Shown here: piece by piece, positions 48,312-62,889 of the stretch
How positions within the stretch are numbered: position 1 is the first letter of the stretch
Layout: each line of letters opens with the position of its first letter
DNA from: Macrostomum lignano
Lineage: Eukaryota
Reading direction: 5' to 3'
Assembly: GCA_002269645.1 (NCBI GenBank)
Contig: NIVC01003259.1
Span: 44,950 to 108,949 of the forward strand
Length of the DNA: 64,000 nt
Notes under the pieces: model-generated
Told to the model about the DNA's origin: nothing
The model's database searches: none
The model's input: the letters and a program-made list of their open reading frames with translations, nothing else
Position numbers and translations under genes: made by a program

Positions 48312-50704
48312 TATGAGGAAAAAGAAAAAGTGCGCCGGACGCTGTCCGCGAAAATACCACTTATTCCAATAGGGCTAATGCCCAATGTCAATGAAGCAAT
48401 AATGCCAATATGATGGATAGATGGATTTAGCAACAATTTGTTCAAAATGTACCTATAGGAATTAATGTGGCATTAAGCTTTCCTCAAATGGTACTTGAGG
48501 AACAGCAATATCCTTAACTGGATAATGCGCTACAAAAACAGGATAGTTTAGGCCTAATAACAGACAATTTGGTAATAGAAAAGGTTTAATAATATGGTAT
48601 GACCTATTTAGTAACAAGTTAAAAATGTTACTTTGTAATGGGTCCCTGACTCCCTAGACATTTTAGTGAAATGATGTTCCAATGATACTATAGCCTTTTT
48701 AGTGAAAACTTATGTTATGATGTTTTGGTGATAAATTTAAACAATTCAGTGACACATTTTAAAATAAGAAAGTTTATTTTGTCTATAAGAAGAAGAGTTA
48801 TTATTCAAAACTTTTCATATTTTATTGTTTTTGCATTGATTTTGTCATTGACTTTGTTGTTATATTTATACATTTAAAAAAGGGTCATTTGTAGTTCTTT
48901 TTAGATTAAGGTCAATAGGCTGAAATGATATGTCAAGTTTGAAGTTGCTTATTTTAGGCCTTATATACAAGCTGTTGAAGCTGCATCATTTTGGGACCCA
49001 ATCTAGCATACTTATATTCAGGGCAACATACTATAAAATGTTGTATATTTGCATGTGTCACCTAATCAATCTACTGTATTGATGCAAACAAAAGCTGTAG
49101 TAGGCCTAGTAGTTTGTTATTCTACTATTAGGAGTATTGCCAGCAGGGGGACAGAGGGGGGACATGTTCCCAAGCCAATAAAAGCTATAAGGGAAAGGGA
49201 CTTATACTTTTTATTGGCTATAAGTCTACTTATAGCTAATAAAAGCTACCACCAAAATAACCACCAAGTGGTTATCGCTTGCCTCTTATTTAGGGCCATC
49301 TAATTCGGTTACCCATTTTTACAATCTTTTTGGCCTACTAGACTTTGAATAATTTACCATCTCTCTGAAAATATATTATTGCCTTGCCTGAAGATGCCGA
49401 GTGTGCGGCGAACATGTCGCGCGTAAATTGACTAATAAATAATAATTTCGTAATTTCGTATTATCAAAGATTTATTTTCCTGACTTTCCTCAAACGGTGT
49501 ACCTTACCTGGACTCTAGGGCTAAGCAACGCTGCAACAGATAAGTTATAGGCCTAGTCATAGAGGCTCTTCATATTGCTTGTTCTGGTTCTAGAACCAAA
49601 ACCAATTTGTAAAGTATAACTTTTTGTCTCCTAAACTAGAAGGATATTAAAATTGTAATTAATGAATTGTAATTATTGAATGGCAATAGCCAAGAAGAAA
49701 GTGAAAATTTGTGCAAAGTGAGGCTGTTAAAGCAGTCAAACATTCAACAAAGTTAAATAGTTATACTGCTTTTTTTCTTGGAAATCCGAACCGATTATGG
49801 TTCTGGAATATCGATTACCGTGTAACCCTTAAATTTACCCTTAGATAAACCCTTAGATTTACCCTTAAAAAGACTTTATTTTAATTCAAATATTTTAAAA
49901 AGTTAAAACTTTTCGAAGTATTATATAGATATAACAAAGTATCTAATTAGAACCCTTTTTAATTTTTTTATAAAATATATTTCATTTTTCAAAATTATAC
50001 AGTTTTATTTTAACCGATAGATAGGGCTAACAAGAATTGTTTACTGTAAAAAAGCTGCACTACGCCACTATAGCCGCCGCCGCGCAGCTACACATAAGTA
50101 TACTTAGGCCTTAGGGCTTAACCGCTTAAGCCTACTAGGTTTTGGCTTTAAAAAATGGTCAATAGGCTATACTAGGGCCTATTGTATTGCAGCTATTGAC
50201 AATTTTCATTTGCCAACTAGACTGCACATAGTATTGTTAGATTTCAATGTATGTATGTAGCAATATTGTATTGCCAATGGTAGCACTAGCCCCCCCCCCC
50301 CCTAGTGCTAGTATTTATTTGTTAGAGCTCCCTCGGGGCTCGCGGCTTTGCCTTTAGTATTGTGCAATATTATTAGGCCTATATTTTTAAATTAATGAAA
50401 TTTTATGTAGGGCCTATCCTTGTGTTTAATTTCTTTAGTTTTTACAAAACACTATTTTTTGGGAAGAATTCTACCTTAGTATAGAAATTCTAGGCATTTT
50501 GGCAACAGTTAATTTCAGCAACATGGAAAATGGTGACTTCGGCAACAAGGAGTGTTAAATTCAGCAAAAAGTTTCTCTTTCACTTTCACAAATCACTTTC
50601 TATGGCTATAGGCTATTTACTTAGTCTTTTTATTATATTCTTATTAACATAACCAATGTGTCTATATCCTACCGTAACTGCCTACACTACAGCCTATCCC
50701 ACGT

Positions 50705-51040
50705 CTACATGCACATTTGCACATACCTTGCAAGTGGAACAAGTTCCTTGACAATGTTGAATATAGCTGCATAGTCACTTTGCCGCTTTCTAATCATTAG
50801 TGTGAAGAACACTGGCACCTGCTTTAACATGTTGTCTAGTCCAATAATGAATACATGAATTGAGAAGAGCTGAATAAACATGTGATGCACCACCTTGAAA
50901 GTGCTGTCTATGTACTAGGTAGTTGCGGGCCGGGCAGACAGAAGGTCCAGCTGGCTGTCCAGTGCAAACAAAATAATGTGGTTCTCCTTAGAACGAATGT
51001 CTGCTTTTAGGAATCCTGGTACAATAAAGTGTCACACAAC
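50705..51040 (-). pseudogene. Mutator-like (MULE) transposase remnant
   Basis: The frame reads 'PGFLKADI...HIILFA...QLDLL...*YIDSTFKVV..MFIQLFSIH...KQVPVFFTLMIRKRQSDYAAIF', matching the MULE 'WYxDGTFK...QLxxIH...P...Y' pattern, with an in-frame stop. Confidence 0.7.
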
Positions 51041-51499
51041 TCAAAATCTGTACTCTGTAGTTTAGGTGGCCTATTGTGGCGTCGGTTGCAATTTGCACTT
51101 TGGGCCAACTTCTGGGGAACCGGAATTGATGGCGCGCTCTGTAGACAATGCAATTGATGGCAATAAGCCTAAATTAGACTCTCTCTGTACTGTTCTGTAC
51201 TGTCTGTACTATAGCCTGTTGTCAAGACTATTACATCGCGGGTAGTACTATACATTATAGCCCATTGCCGATGTAACAAATTGCACATTCTTCTCACCTT
51301 GAATAATGACTTGGACACCAGGCACTCATCTCAAGCAATTTGAGCAGCTGTGTGGGCTCTGTGGAGTACACGCTGCTATAGAGGTGCATGGGCCGACTCC
51401 ATGGAGTATTAAAAATACTAATAACTTATGTTTTCTGAAACTATGTATATCTTTTGAACCTTTAAGTTCAAATAGATACCAGAAAAAATGTCTAAAAGC

Positions 51500-51661
51500 C
51501 AGGGCCATAGGGAGGGGGGATAGGGGGGATGTATCCCCCCAAAGAGCCTGACCAAAACTTTTTTGTTGCCCTTTGTTGCTATACATGCTACCACGTGACT
51601 CTGTCATAGCACTTTTACCTTGGTGTATCCCTCCTGTAGGAAATTCCTGGCTACGCCCCTG
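51500..51661. mobile_element. 162-bp hAT-like MITE
   Basis: Imperfect TIR cagggccatag / ctacgcccctg; TSD ctaaaagc at 51492-51499 and 51662-51669. Confidence 0.8.
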
Positions 51662-52820
51662 CTAAAAGCCATGTATAATGATATACCTTTTCTTAAAATA
51701 TCTTATTGATCAAGTTAAGTTGGTTAAGTTATTTTAAGAAGTATTTCAAGTCTGTTTGCAGTATATAGTTTAATAGTGATGTTTAAATGGCTTTTCTACA
51801 TTAGTAGACATATGTAATCTAGGAAAGAAACTGCACATTCCCAGGGACTTGAGATTAAAATTAAATGTAACCACAGGTTATTTAAACAGGCACATTGTTG
51901 TGTAAAATAGAGTTTAGGAATAACTCAAAAGTATCCTGCTTTTACTCAGTTTAAGTTATAATAGAAAAAAATATATATATAACTGCTTGACTCAATAGAC
52001 TGACATGGTTCTCAACAACTTTGGTTATTGAATATGAAATGTTATCAGGAAAATAGAAATACAGAATATTTCAATATTTTATTTTAGATTTTAGTGATAG
52101 TTTGTTTAAAATGGCACTTGTTTCATTACCATATTGGTATGGGCATCAGGGCATGTAACCGCAGTTTGGGCTATTGGTTTCTGTGGTAAGGATTTTCTAG
52201 TGGATTAACTGGTTTGAGCTTTGGTACATTCGCTGCCACCATGTTCCTGCTTTCCCTAATTCTAGCACTTGGATTTAAAGAAGTGAGTCAGGACACCAAT
52301 GAAGTTTTTAGTTAACACAAGTTACTAGAAAATAAAAGAAATTGTTACTTGTACAAAAGTTGATCTTATATTAGTTCCTTATTTACCTTACATGCTGTGG
52401 GCAAGACTCCCAATAGTGGTTTTCAAGGCAAGACTCCTCTGTGCATTCTGATTCTATTCCTTTTTTCCTATTTCCCATCTTACCAAATTCTTAGAATTGT
52501 TCCAAGTTAGAAATGTCCCAGATGCTTTCCCAAGAGCCCAACTGCTCTTTACTTCTAAAGAAACCCCCAAATTAGCAATTTACCCTGCCCAAATTACTTC
52601 CCCGGGTTAAAACTACTGATAGTAGGGTAAAAGAGTATTTGTCCCGTGACTAATTCCTGTTCCTAAAATAAATCCCTATTACAATATCAAGTTATCATTA
52701 TTGTCTGAACTTAATTTATTCCATTTTAAAAGTTTGTTTCTTTCACTTCATGACTGTCAAAATGGTCTACATTCTGTAATAAATATATTGAACTATTCCT
52801 AAAGCAACAAAAAGCAGAAC

Positions 52821-55800
52821 ATGGATAGACAGAACCAACAACAACAACAGCAGCAATTATCTCTGCCAGGTCTCACAATTCAAAAAGCCGACCCCCTCTC
52901 TGTATTTGAAATTGCCGAATACATTGGCCGTGGCACCTATGGCGTTGTCAGACGGGCCAGAATGAAAACCAGCGGTCGCATCTGCGCCGTGAAAATCATG
53001 AACGACGGTCAGGATATTGTAGAAGAACTGCGGGCCGAAGTTCGAGTCCTTACTCAGTTTGTTGATCATCCAAATCTGCCAAGATTCTATGGTTTGTACC
53101 TTGATCGAAGCAGCGCTCATCAGACTATTTGGCTGGCTATGGAGCTGTGTGAGGGCGGCAGTGTTGCCTCGCTTAGCAAGTATCATTCGGCAAACTCACT
53201 TGCAGTACCCGAGCCTGTAGTTGCCCACATTGCCGGCAGTGCACTCTCTGGCTTGGCTTTCCTTCACTCCAATCGCATCATTCATCGCGACGTGAAATGT
53301 GCCAATGTGTTGCTAACTAAAGATGGCCGGGTACTGCTTAGCGACTTCGGGGTTAGCGCTCATCTGAAGGAGGTCGGGGAGAAACGGAACACAGCGATTG
53401 GCAGTCCGTTCTGGATGTCGCCGGAGGTCATTGCGTGCGAGAATCAGCCGGATTATCGGTGCGTTTTGAAGGCTGCTTTGTATTGTTTTTGTTTTAGTTG
53501 CGAGGCTTTTTTATTAAGTTTGACCCAAGGTCAATAATACAAAACAGCCACAATAAGAGATTTTAGCGTCACAAGGGAGATTTTAGCGCCACAAGGGAGA
53601 TTTTAGCGTCACGATGGAGATTTTAGCTCCTTAATAGAGATTTTAGCGCCACGAGGGAGATTTTAGCGCCACAAAAAAATTTTTGCGCCACGAGGGAGAT
53701 TTTAGCTTTACAAAGGAGATTTTAGCGCCACGAGGGAGATTTTAGCGCCACGAGGGAGATTTTAGCGTCACGATGGAGATTTTAGCGTCACAAGGAAGAG
53801 TTTAGCGTCACGATGGAGATTTTAGCGTCACGATGAAGATTTTAGCGCCACGAGGGAGATTTTTGCGCCACGAGGGAGATTTTAGCTTTACAAAGGAGAT
53901 TTTAGCGCCACGAGGGAGATTTTAGCGCCACGAGGGAGATTTTTGCGCCACGAGGGAGATTTTAGCGTCACAAAGGAGATTTTAGCGTCACAATGGAGAT
54001 TTTAGCGTTACAAAGGAGATTTTAGCGTTACAAAGGAGATTTTAGCGTTACAAAGGAGATTTTAGCGTTACAAAGGAGATTTTAGCGTTACAAAGGAGAT
54101 TTTAGCGTTACAAAGGAGATTTTAGCGACACAAGGAAGATTTTAGCGCCACAATGAAGATTTTAGCGCCACAAAGAAGATTCTAGCGCGACAATCAAAGG
54201 AGATTTTAGCGCTACAATCAAAGGAGATTTTAGCGCCACAATGAAGATTTTAGCGCTACAATCAAAGGAGATTTCGATAAGCGCTACAAGGGAGGATTCA
54301 AAATATTCCTTAGTTCCCAAATTGTAACTATAGCTAACCGGAACTTATTTAATTATTACTCAACAATCTATTATATTTATAAAGAATCAGAAATCCAAAA
54401 ATAAAAATTCCCCCAATACCAGCTACGACAATCGCTGCGACGTGTGGAGTCTGGGCATCTCTGTGATCGAACTCTGCGAGGGCCAGCCTCCATTAGCCGA
54501 ACTGCCGCCTATCAAGGCCCTGTTTCGAATCCCAAGTGACCCGCCACCGACATTGCGTCGTCCAGAACGATACACGGCACTGCTGCGCGATTTTATCGCC
54601 AAATGCCTGGTGAAAGACTACGAGATCAGGCCAGCTGCTTCTGAGCTCCGGTCTCACCTGTTCCTGGCTAGCCAAGGTGGCGCGTCCACCACCGGCCAGG
54701 ACCCTGTGGCGATGATTCGCAAACTGATTGCCGATAAGACAGCCTGGGAGGCTGGCGGCAGCGGCCAGTCCCCGGCTGGAGTTGTGGCGGCGTCGGCTGC
54801 GGCTGGGCCTGTGGGCGCCGGCAAAGGTTAGTGGTGTAGTGTACGAGTATTGCGCCTGGGTAAACGGCGGGAGTAGCTATGTATTTAGCGACATATATAA
54901 ATAGGTCGTCATCTTTTAAGACATCATTTATATCTTATCTAAGCGACCCTGCAACCTACTACCTTCTACCCGTGTGTCTAAATAGCTAAATCTAGCTCGT
55001 ATAAGTAATAACCTAGCTAATCACTCACAACTCACCTACCTACAGTGCATGCCTAACTACCCACATTCCCACCTACTCATCTACCTACCCACCTACCCAT
55101 CTACCTACCCACCTACCCATCTACCTACCCACCTACCCATTTACCTACCCACCTACCCATCTACCTACCCACCTACCCATCTACCTACTCATCTACATAA
55201 CCACCTACCCATCTACCTACCCACCTACCCATCTACCTACCCACCTACCCATTTACCTACCCGCCTACCTATCTATCTACCCGCCTACCCGCTCTAGGCG
55301 CAGGTGGCGGAGGCCGCAAGAGTCGCCGCCTGCTGGCGCAGACCCGCTGGGACGACCTGGCCCAACTGTCGCACCTGACAGAGGACGGCATCCTGCAGCA
55401 GTTGTCCGAGCGCTACTCATCCGACATGGTGTACACCTACTTGGGCGACATTCTGCTAGCCATCAATCCGTTCAAGCAGCTGCCAATCTACTCCGACGCG
55501 GTTGCCGAGCGCTATCGCGACGCTGCCAAGGCAGACAATCCGCCGCACGTGTTCGCCGTAGCTGACGAATGCCTTCAACGGCTGCGACAGTGCGCTGGAG
55601 CTCGCGGCCAATGCGTGGTGATCTCGGGCGAGTCTGGCGCGGGGAAGACCTGTACAGCTGATCTGCTGCTCAGGCAGGTGGTCAGATTGAGCAGCACAGA
55701 GCAGCCGGCTCTGATGGAGCGGCTGTTGCAGGTGAGGGGGTCTGGCTTTATTATCGATTTTTTGCCGAATAAATACCTACTTATTGCGTACATATTGCCT

Positions 55801-56872
55801 TTCTGCCTGTCTTACCAATCCCGCAGATAGATTGGCAGATATAGGGTAGAATAGCCATAGACATCTGTGCCTGCCTAGTGCCTCCTCCGTCCCTCCCTAC
55901 CTGCCTAACTACCTTTCCACCTACCTACCTACCTAACTACCTGCCTACCTGCCTACCTACCTACCAGTCTATCTACCTACCTACATAACTACTAGTCTAC
56001 CTACCTACCTACTATAGCTACCTATCAACCTATCTACCTAGCTACCTGCCTACCTAAAAGTCTACCTACCTACATATCTACTTACCTGCCTACCTAAAAG
56101 TCTACCTACCTACATATCTACCTACCTGCCTACCTAAAAGTCTACCTACCTACTTATCTACCTTCCTACCAGTCTACCTACCTACATATCTACCTACCTG
56201 CCTACCTAAAAGTCTACCTACCTACATATCTACCTACCTGCCTACCTAAAAGTCTACCTACCTACCTACTTTTTGACCTTCCTACCTACCTAGGTAGGAA
56301 GTCTACCTACCTACCCACCAATACAACCTATCCTATGGCAGCTATAAAAATCGTCCACTTCATGCATCACGCTACTGGTATAAGTAGAGTAATTTGCGCA
56401 TCCACAGCGTTCTACATTTGAAAAAATACAAACAACTCGCAGGTAAACCCACTATTAGAAGCGTTCGGCAACGCTTCCACTGTGCTAAATGAGAACAGCA
56501 GTCGATTCGGAAAATATCTGGAGCTGCTTGTCTCGCCTACCGGATGCATTCGTGGCGCCAGGCTGGCCCATTTCCTGCTGGAGAAGGCCCGGGTGGTCTA
56601 TCAGAGCAAGGGGGAGAGGAATTTCCACATTTTCTATCACTTGGCTCACGGCGACTCGCACGAGCACGCAACCCTGCTGGCCAGGCAGACCGATTTCAGG
56701 TATCTGCACGCCACCTTTGCTCCGGACTCAGGCAGGGCTGCCGTGCACAGGTGAGCTGGGGTGTGCGCTGGTCTGTGTGACTGACAATCAGACACTGAGG
56801 CAGGCAGATGGACAGATAGACAGAAAGACACTAAGACAGACTAAGAGACAGACAAAACAGACAGACAGACTA

Positions 56873-56955
<83 letters not shown>

Positions 56956-59900
56956 GCTACAGTCAACTCCACTGAAAACCCATCTCCCCACTGCAGAGCT
57001 CACCTCTCAGCCGTGCGTCGCGGCTTCCTAGACCTGGGCTTCGCCGAAACCGAAGTGTCCTCCGTGTTCCGCCTTCTGTCCGGCATTCTGTTTCTAGGAA
57101 ATCTCCGCTTCAACGATCACGTCCAGCGCTCCAACGCCGACATCGCCACGGACTCGTCCAAAGTGGCCAACCCGGAGGCGGCCAGCGCGGCAGCGGATCT
57201 CCTTGGCGTGTCCTCAGCTGACCTCGCCGACGCCCTCACGAAGACGTCGCTGGTGGCCAGAGGCGAGTCGATTCAAAAGTTCCACAGCCCGGCAGATGCG
57301 AGGGCCAGCAGGGATGCCATGGCTAAGGCTGTTTATGACAAGCTATTCTCCTGGATTGTACAGCGAACCAACGACTTGCTGGCTCCCGCTGCTTCAGCGT
57401 CTGGCTCGACAGCCTCCGCCGTGTCCTCCATCGGCATCCTGGACATATTCGGCTTCGAGAATTTGAGTTTCAACAGTTTTGAACAGCTGTGCATTAATAC
57501 CGCTAATGAGCAGTTGCATTATTTTTTTATACAACACGTGTTTAACTGGGAACGGCATGAACTGGAGCAGGAGGGGATCAATGTTAATGTACAGGTGAGC
57601 GAGTCCATGCTTTGATGATGTACTTGTAATGTGAAACTTTATGAGAAACTTTATTGATATGTAACCTCAGCCTAGATCTCTCATTGCAACCTAGATCTCT
57701 ATTCTCACCCTAGATCCCCAATCTCACCCTAAATCTCTAATCTCACCCTAGATCCCCAATCTCACCCTAAATCTCTAATCTCACCCTAGATCCCCACTCT
57801 CACCATAGATCTCTAATCTCACCCTAGATCCCCACTCTTACCTTAGATCTCTTATCTTACCATATAGATCTCTAACCTCACCCTGATCCTCAATCTCACC
57901 ATAGATCTTTCATCTCACCCTAGATCTCTGATCTTACCCTAGATGTCTAATCTCACCTTAAATGTGAATTTCTACTCTCTCTAGAATCTAATCTTTTACT
58001 AGATTACAAGATCTCATCCCTACACGCAGCACTTTTAGAGACAGATCTCTCACCCTATCAATAAAAAACCCATCTGACCCACAATTCGCAGGTGTACGAC
58101 AACAAGCCAGTCCTGGACCTGCTGCTTGGCCGGCCCTACGGCCTACTGGCTCTGCTAGATGAAGAATGCAGCTTCCCAAAGGCTTCGGACCTCAGCCTGA
58201 CAGAGAAACTGCACAAGCATGCGGCCGAGAAATACCCCAGGCTGTATCAGCAGCCTAAGAGCGCTACAGACTTGGCCTTCACCGTGCGCCACTATGCCGG
58301 TCACGTGACCTATTCTACTCAAAGCTTCCTAAGCAAGAACAAAGACCGATTGCCAGTTGAAATTGCCGCCCTATTGCGCGGCTCCAATCTGGCTTTGTTG
58401 AGGTCTTTGTTTGCTCAAAATGTCGGACCTGGCGGCGTCAGCGGTGGCGGCAACTCATCGGCTGCGGTGTCCCTGGGAAGACCAGGCAGCTCAGGCTCGA
58501 CTCTGGTGACTCCGTTGAGCAGTGCCGGGCTGCACAAACTGAGCAGCGGCGGCAGCAGTGTTGCCGGGTCGCGAATCACCGGCCAAACTCTGGCCGCTTA
58601 TTTTCGAGCTTCGCTGCACGACTTGTTGAATCGGCTGCTGTCTGCGGAGCCCCACTTCGTGCGTTGCCTCAGGCCGAATCGGGAAGGTCGGCCGGATCGC
58701 ATCGAGCCTGATAAGGTCTGGATTGGCTGCTCTTCTACGGCTCTTTGAGTAGATTGTATAAAGGAATAAATTCCTCCTGCTACCGCCCTTAGGCACACCT
58801 AAGAATCGCTTTAAACCTCCACTAAGAATTGCTCTAAACCTACCCTCAGAATCCCACTAAGCCTCCTAACAGTCGCCAAAAACTCTTCTAAGAATCGCCC
58901 TAAACCTCCCCTAAGAATCGCTCTAAACCTCCCCTAAGAATCGCTCTTAACCTCCCATAAGAATCGCTCTAAACCTCCCTAAGAATCGCTCTAAACCTTC
59001 CCTAAGAATCGCTCTAAACCTCCCTAAGAATCGCTCTAAACCTCCCCTAAGAATCGCTCTAAACCTTCCCTAAGAATCGCTCTAAACCTCCCCTAAGAAG
59101 CGCTCTTAACCTTCCCTAAGACTCGCTCTTAACCTCCCCTAATAATCGCTCTAAACCTTCCCTAAGAATCGCTCTAAACCTCCCCTAAGAATCGCTCTAA
59201 ACCTCCCTAAGAATCGCTCTAAACCTCCCTAAGAATCGCTCTAACCTTCCCTAAGAATCGCTCTAAACCTCCGCTAAGAAGCGCTCTTAACCTTCCCTAA
59301 GAATCGCTCTAAACTTCCCCTAAGAATCGCTCTAAACCTTCCCTAAGAATCGCTCTAAACCTTCCCTAAGAATCGCTCTAAACCTCCCCTAAGAATCGCT
59401 CTAAACCTCCCCTAAGAATCGCTCTAAACCTCCCCTAAGAATCGCTCTAAACCTCCCCTAAGAATCGCTCTAAACCTTCCCTAAGAATCGCTCTAAACCT
59501 CCCCTAAGAATCGCTCTAAACCTTCCCTAAGAATCGCTCTAAACCTCCCCTAAGAAGCGCTCTAAACCTCCCCTAAGAATCGCTCTAAACCTTCCCTAAG
59601 AATCGCTCTAAACCTTCCCTAAGAATCGCTCTAAACCTCCCTAAGAATCGCTCTAAACCTTCCCTAAGAACGCTCTAAACCTCCCCTAAGAATCGCTCTA
59701 AACCTCCCCTAAGAATCGCTCTAAACCTCCCCTAAGAATCGCTCTAAACCTCCCCTAAGAATCGCTCTAAACCTTCCCTAAGAATCGCTCTAAAGCACAC
59801 CTAAGAATCGCCCTAAACCTACCTCTGAGAATCGCCCTAAACCTACCCTAAGAATCGCTCTAAACCTCCCTCGCCCAGGTTCTGGAGCAGCTCCGCTACA

Positions 59901-62735
59901 CGGGCGTACTCGAAACCGTTGAGATCCGTCGCCAAGGCTACTCGCATCGGCTGAGCTTCCGCGAATTCCTAGCCGAATACGGGCCTCTGGTGCTGGGTTT
60001 CTCCCCAGTGAGTCGGGGCGCCTCCGCCGGCCAAGCGGCTATGGACCTGTGCCGAACTGTGCTCAAGAAGCTCGGTCTCACCGGCTGGCTAGTTGGTCGG
60101 CACAAGGTGTTCCTCAAATATTATCATGTTGAGCTGTTAATTCGGCGGAGGGCGCATCTGCTGGCTGCTGTGACCCGCTGTCAGGCTGCCGCGCGCAGGT
60201 GGCTGGCAATGCGACGCCTGAGACAAATGCGCTGGTCTCTGATGGCTGCTAGGCGGGTGGTTAAGGTGAGATGTGCCTCCTTGTTGATGCTTTGAGTCAG
60301 TCCTAATGGGTCAGGTGGGTCCAGTTCTAATGGGTCATGGTGGGTCCAGTTTCAATGGATCAGGGTGGGTCAAGTTCTAATGGGTCAGGGTGGGTCCAGT
60401 TTTGATGGGTCAGTAGATTTCATCACGGTCTGTGAAGTTTAAGTAATCTGCCACGGTTAGTTTAGCTGTATTTAATAATTTGAGTCATTTGCTTTGTCAA
60501 ATTATCGCCCTTAGTGTAGGCGGAGTGCAGAGCTCAAAGAATATCTGGCTATATTTTAAAAAGCCTCTAAAAATGTCTCCAAAATGAATAGCCTATGAAA
60601 AAGCGGCAAGTGTACGCAGCATTTTGCTTCTAAAAGCTGAATTTGCTCTTCTCTTCTCTTAGATAGGTGTGTTTTTCTGTCTATTCAAAAGCCTTGAGAG
60701 CAGGCGTGGATAGGGCAACTTCTCCGCAGCCCTAGTCTGCCTGTCTGCAATGCAGCTTCTCTTTTTGCTCTTTAGAGTAAAAAATACACATTCTCAGGCT
60801 CTATTGTGTGCACTCATACACCAAACTTAACTAGCCTATAAAAGTCTTGAGCTGCTATTTCAGTCTCCGTGGTTTAGTTATAGATTTAGGTTCAACGCCC
60901 AGCTAAGAACTAGGCTCGACTTGTTGTTTTTTTGCGAGAAAGTTTTTTTTCTTGATTTCTCTTTCATTTAAAATTTACCTTAAAATATCAAATAACGTTG
61001 TGTATTTTTAAAACTAATTATTGAACTTCACTCGATAGCAGCTGTGTAAGTTTTGGTTTTTATAATGTTCATTTTGTTTTAGTTTCAGTTTTTTAGTTTC
61101 TACATCTAATAGATTCCCCGTCTGATTTTCGGTTCCTACGGGTGAGATTCTCAGTCTGATTTTGGGTTTCTAAGGGTGAGATTCTCAGTCTGATTTTGGT
61201 TTTCTAGGGTGAGATTCTCAGTCTGATTTTGGTTTTCTAAGGTGAGATTCTCGTCTAGTTTTGAATCTCTAAGGGTGAGATTCTCAGTCTGATTTTGGTT
61301 CTCAAGGGTAAGATTCTCAGTCTGATTTTGAATTCTAAGGGTAAGATTCTCAGTCAGATTTGGGTTTCTAGAGGTAAGATTCTCGTCTAATTTTGGGGTT
61401 TCTAGAGGTAAGATTCTCGTCTGATTTTGGTTTCTAGAGGTAGATTCTCAGTCTGATTTTGGGTTTCTAGAGGTAAGATTCTCAGTCTGATTTTGGGTTT
61501 CTAGAGGTAAGATTCTCGTCTGATTTTGATTTTCTAAGGGTGAGATTCTCAGTCTGATTTTGGTTCTAGAGGTAGATTCTCAGTCTGATTTTGGGTTTCT
61601 AGAGGTAAGATTCTCAGTCTGATTTTGGGGTTTCTAGAGGTAAGATTCTCAGTCTGATTTTGGGGTTTCTAGAGGTAAGATTCTCAGTCTGATTTTGATT
61701 TTCTAAGGGTGAGATTCTCAGTCTGATTTTGGGGTTTCTAGAGGTAAGATTCTCAGTCTGATTTTGATTTCTAAGGGTAGATTCTCAGTCTGATTTTGTT
61801 TCTAGAGGTAAGATTCTCAGTCTGATTTTGGGTTTCTAGAGGTAGATTCTCAGTCTGATTTTGATTTTCTAAGGGTGAGATTCTCAGTCTGATTTTGGTT
61901 TTCTAAGGGTGAGATTCTCATTCTCAGTCTAATTTTAATTTTTTGAAGAATGAGATTCTCAGTTTGACTTTAGGTTTCTAAGGGTGAGATTCCTGATCTG
62001 ATTTCCCTGACTTTTTTGTTTATGGATACGAGTATTGATTTCATAATGAGTTTCCAAATCTAAACTACATTCCATGTGTAAGATTCCAGATGTGGGATAA
62101 ACTAACTCCCGCTTTACCCTCCTCTACACCCTCCCCCGCAGGTGTGGCGCGCCAAGGTAGAACTGCGCAGACGTCGCCGACTTGTGATTGGCTTGCAGAG
62201 CCTGGCCAGAGGGCACCTGGCACGTCAGCGGTACAGGAAGATAAAACGCGACCGGCTGTTTCGCCAACAGCAACAACAACAGCAGCCTCAGCCTCAACAG
62301 TCGATGATGATGAAGCATCATCAGAATCAGCCATATTCCCAACAGCCACAGACTCATCATCAGTCGCCTCGATATCCTCACAGCGGCGGCGTGGCTAGCA
62401 ACGGAGTTGGCGTGCCTAGCAACAGCCTGCTAACAGGTCCATTGCGTCTGATCTCGCCCGAATTCAGCCTACTATGCTCAGATTGGGGCGCATCAGTTTG
62501 AGACTGGCCCGCCACCTTCGAGCATGGTTGAACGGGCTCAGGCTATGGCCGCGGCGTCTGTAACTGCTCCTCCGGTTGTTAGTAGCAACAGACAGCCTCC
62601 TGTTCAGCAGCAGCATCAGCGGCAGCCTTCGGGCAGAACAACGGCAGTCGGAGCTCCATCTAGCTGCGTTGTTCCGGTGAACAACCCGCAACATCTGGCC
62701 TATTACGATAGAGTCTCGGAGCAGGCTAAACAGAA
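52821..62735 (+). CDS. myo3: Class III myosin (STE20-type kinase + motor + IQ); exons 52821-53458, 54423-54826, 55304-55731, 56443-56750, 56997-57594, 58092-58715, 59879-60265, 62142-~62735; 3' end not determined
   Basis: Kinase motifs 'IGRGTYG', 'HRDVK', 'DFG' and '[14 protein letters not shown]'. Motor motifs 'GESGAGKT', 'NENSSRFGK', 'LDIFGFE', 'FVRCLRPN' and 'QLRYTGVLE'. IQ-like motifs follow. GT-AG introns are phase-consistent up to the last exon, which has an unresolved frame change near 62450-62500. Confidence 0.93.
53558..54290. repeat. 21-bp minisatellite in myo3 intron 1 (gagattttagcgccacaaggg)
   Basis: About 33 copies. Confidence 0.9.
54858..54914 (+). other. Second 28S rRNA-like fragment (same region)
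   Basis: gggtaaacggcgggagtagctatg matches recalled 28S at 23/24. After the same 17-nt spacing comes aaat...tcgtcatct. Confidence 0.6.
55060..56960. repeat. (CTAC/CCAC)n tracts in myo3 introns 2 and 3 and (CAGA)n in intron 4
   Basis: Simple repeats at ~55060-55290, ~55890-56320 and ~56810-56955. Confidence 0.85.
57680..57960. repeat. ~20-bp degenerate repeat in myo3 intron 5 (tctcaccctagatctctaa)
   Basis: Tandem imperfect copies. Confidence 0.8.
58790..59870. repeat. ~24-bp minisatellite in myo3 intron 6 (ctaagaatcgctctaaacctcccc)
   Basis: About 45 copies. Confidence 0.9.
61120..61990. repeat. ~33-bp minisatellite in myo3 intron 7 (gattctcagtctgattttgggtttctagaggtaa)
   Basis: About 25 copies. 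Confidence 0.9.
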
Positions 62736-62889
62736 GTGAGTGCTTTGGTTGTGTTAACAGATTTTTTTGTAGAAAGAATTAACGATCCGCCTTTGAGTTG
62801 CTAGACTAATGTATTGCCCTATAGCCAGCTAACAAGCCTAAGATATCAGCAACCACATTTGGGAGCCTTGGTATCTCATGGCATCTCAG

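Noticed and set aside
62440-62530. Frame change in the myo3 tail exon as programmed recoding
   Set aside because: No slippery site or stimulatory structure; more likely an indel error or an unrecognised small intron.
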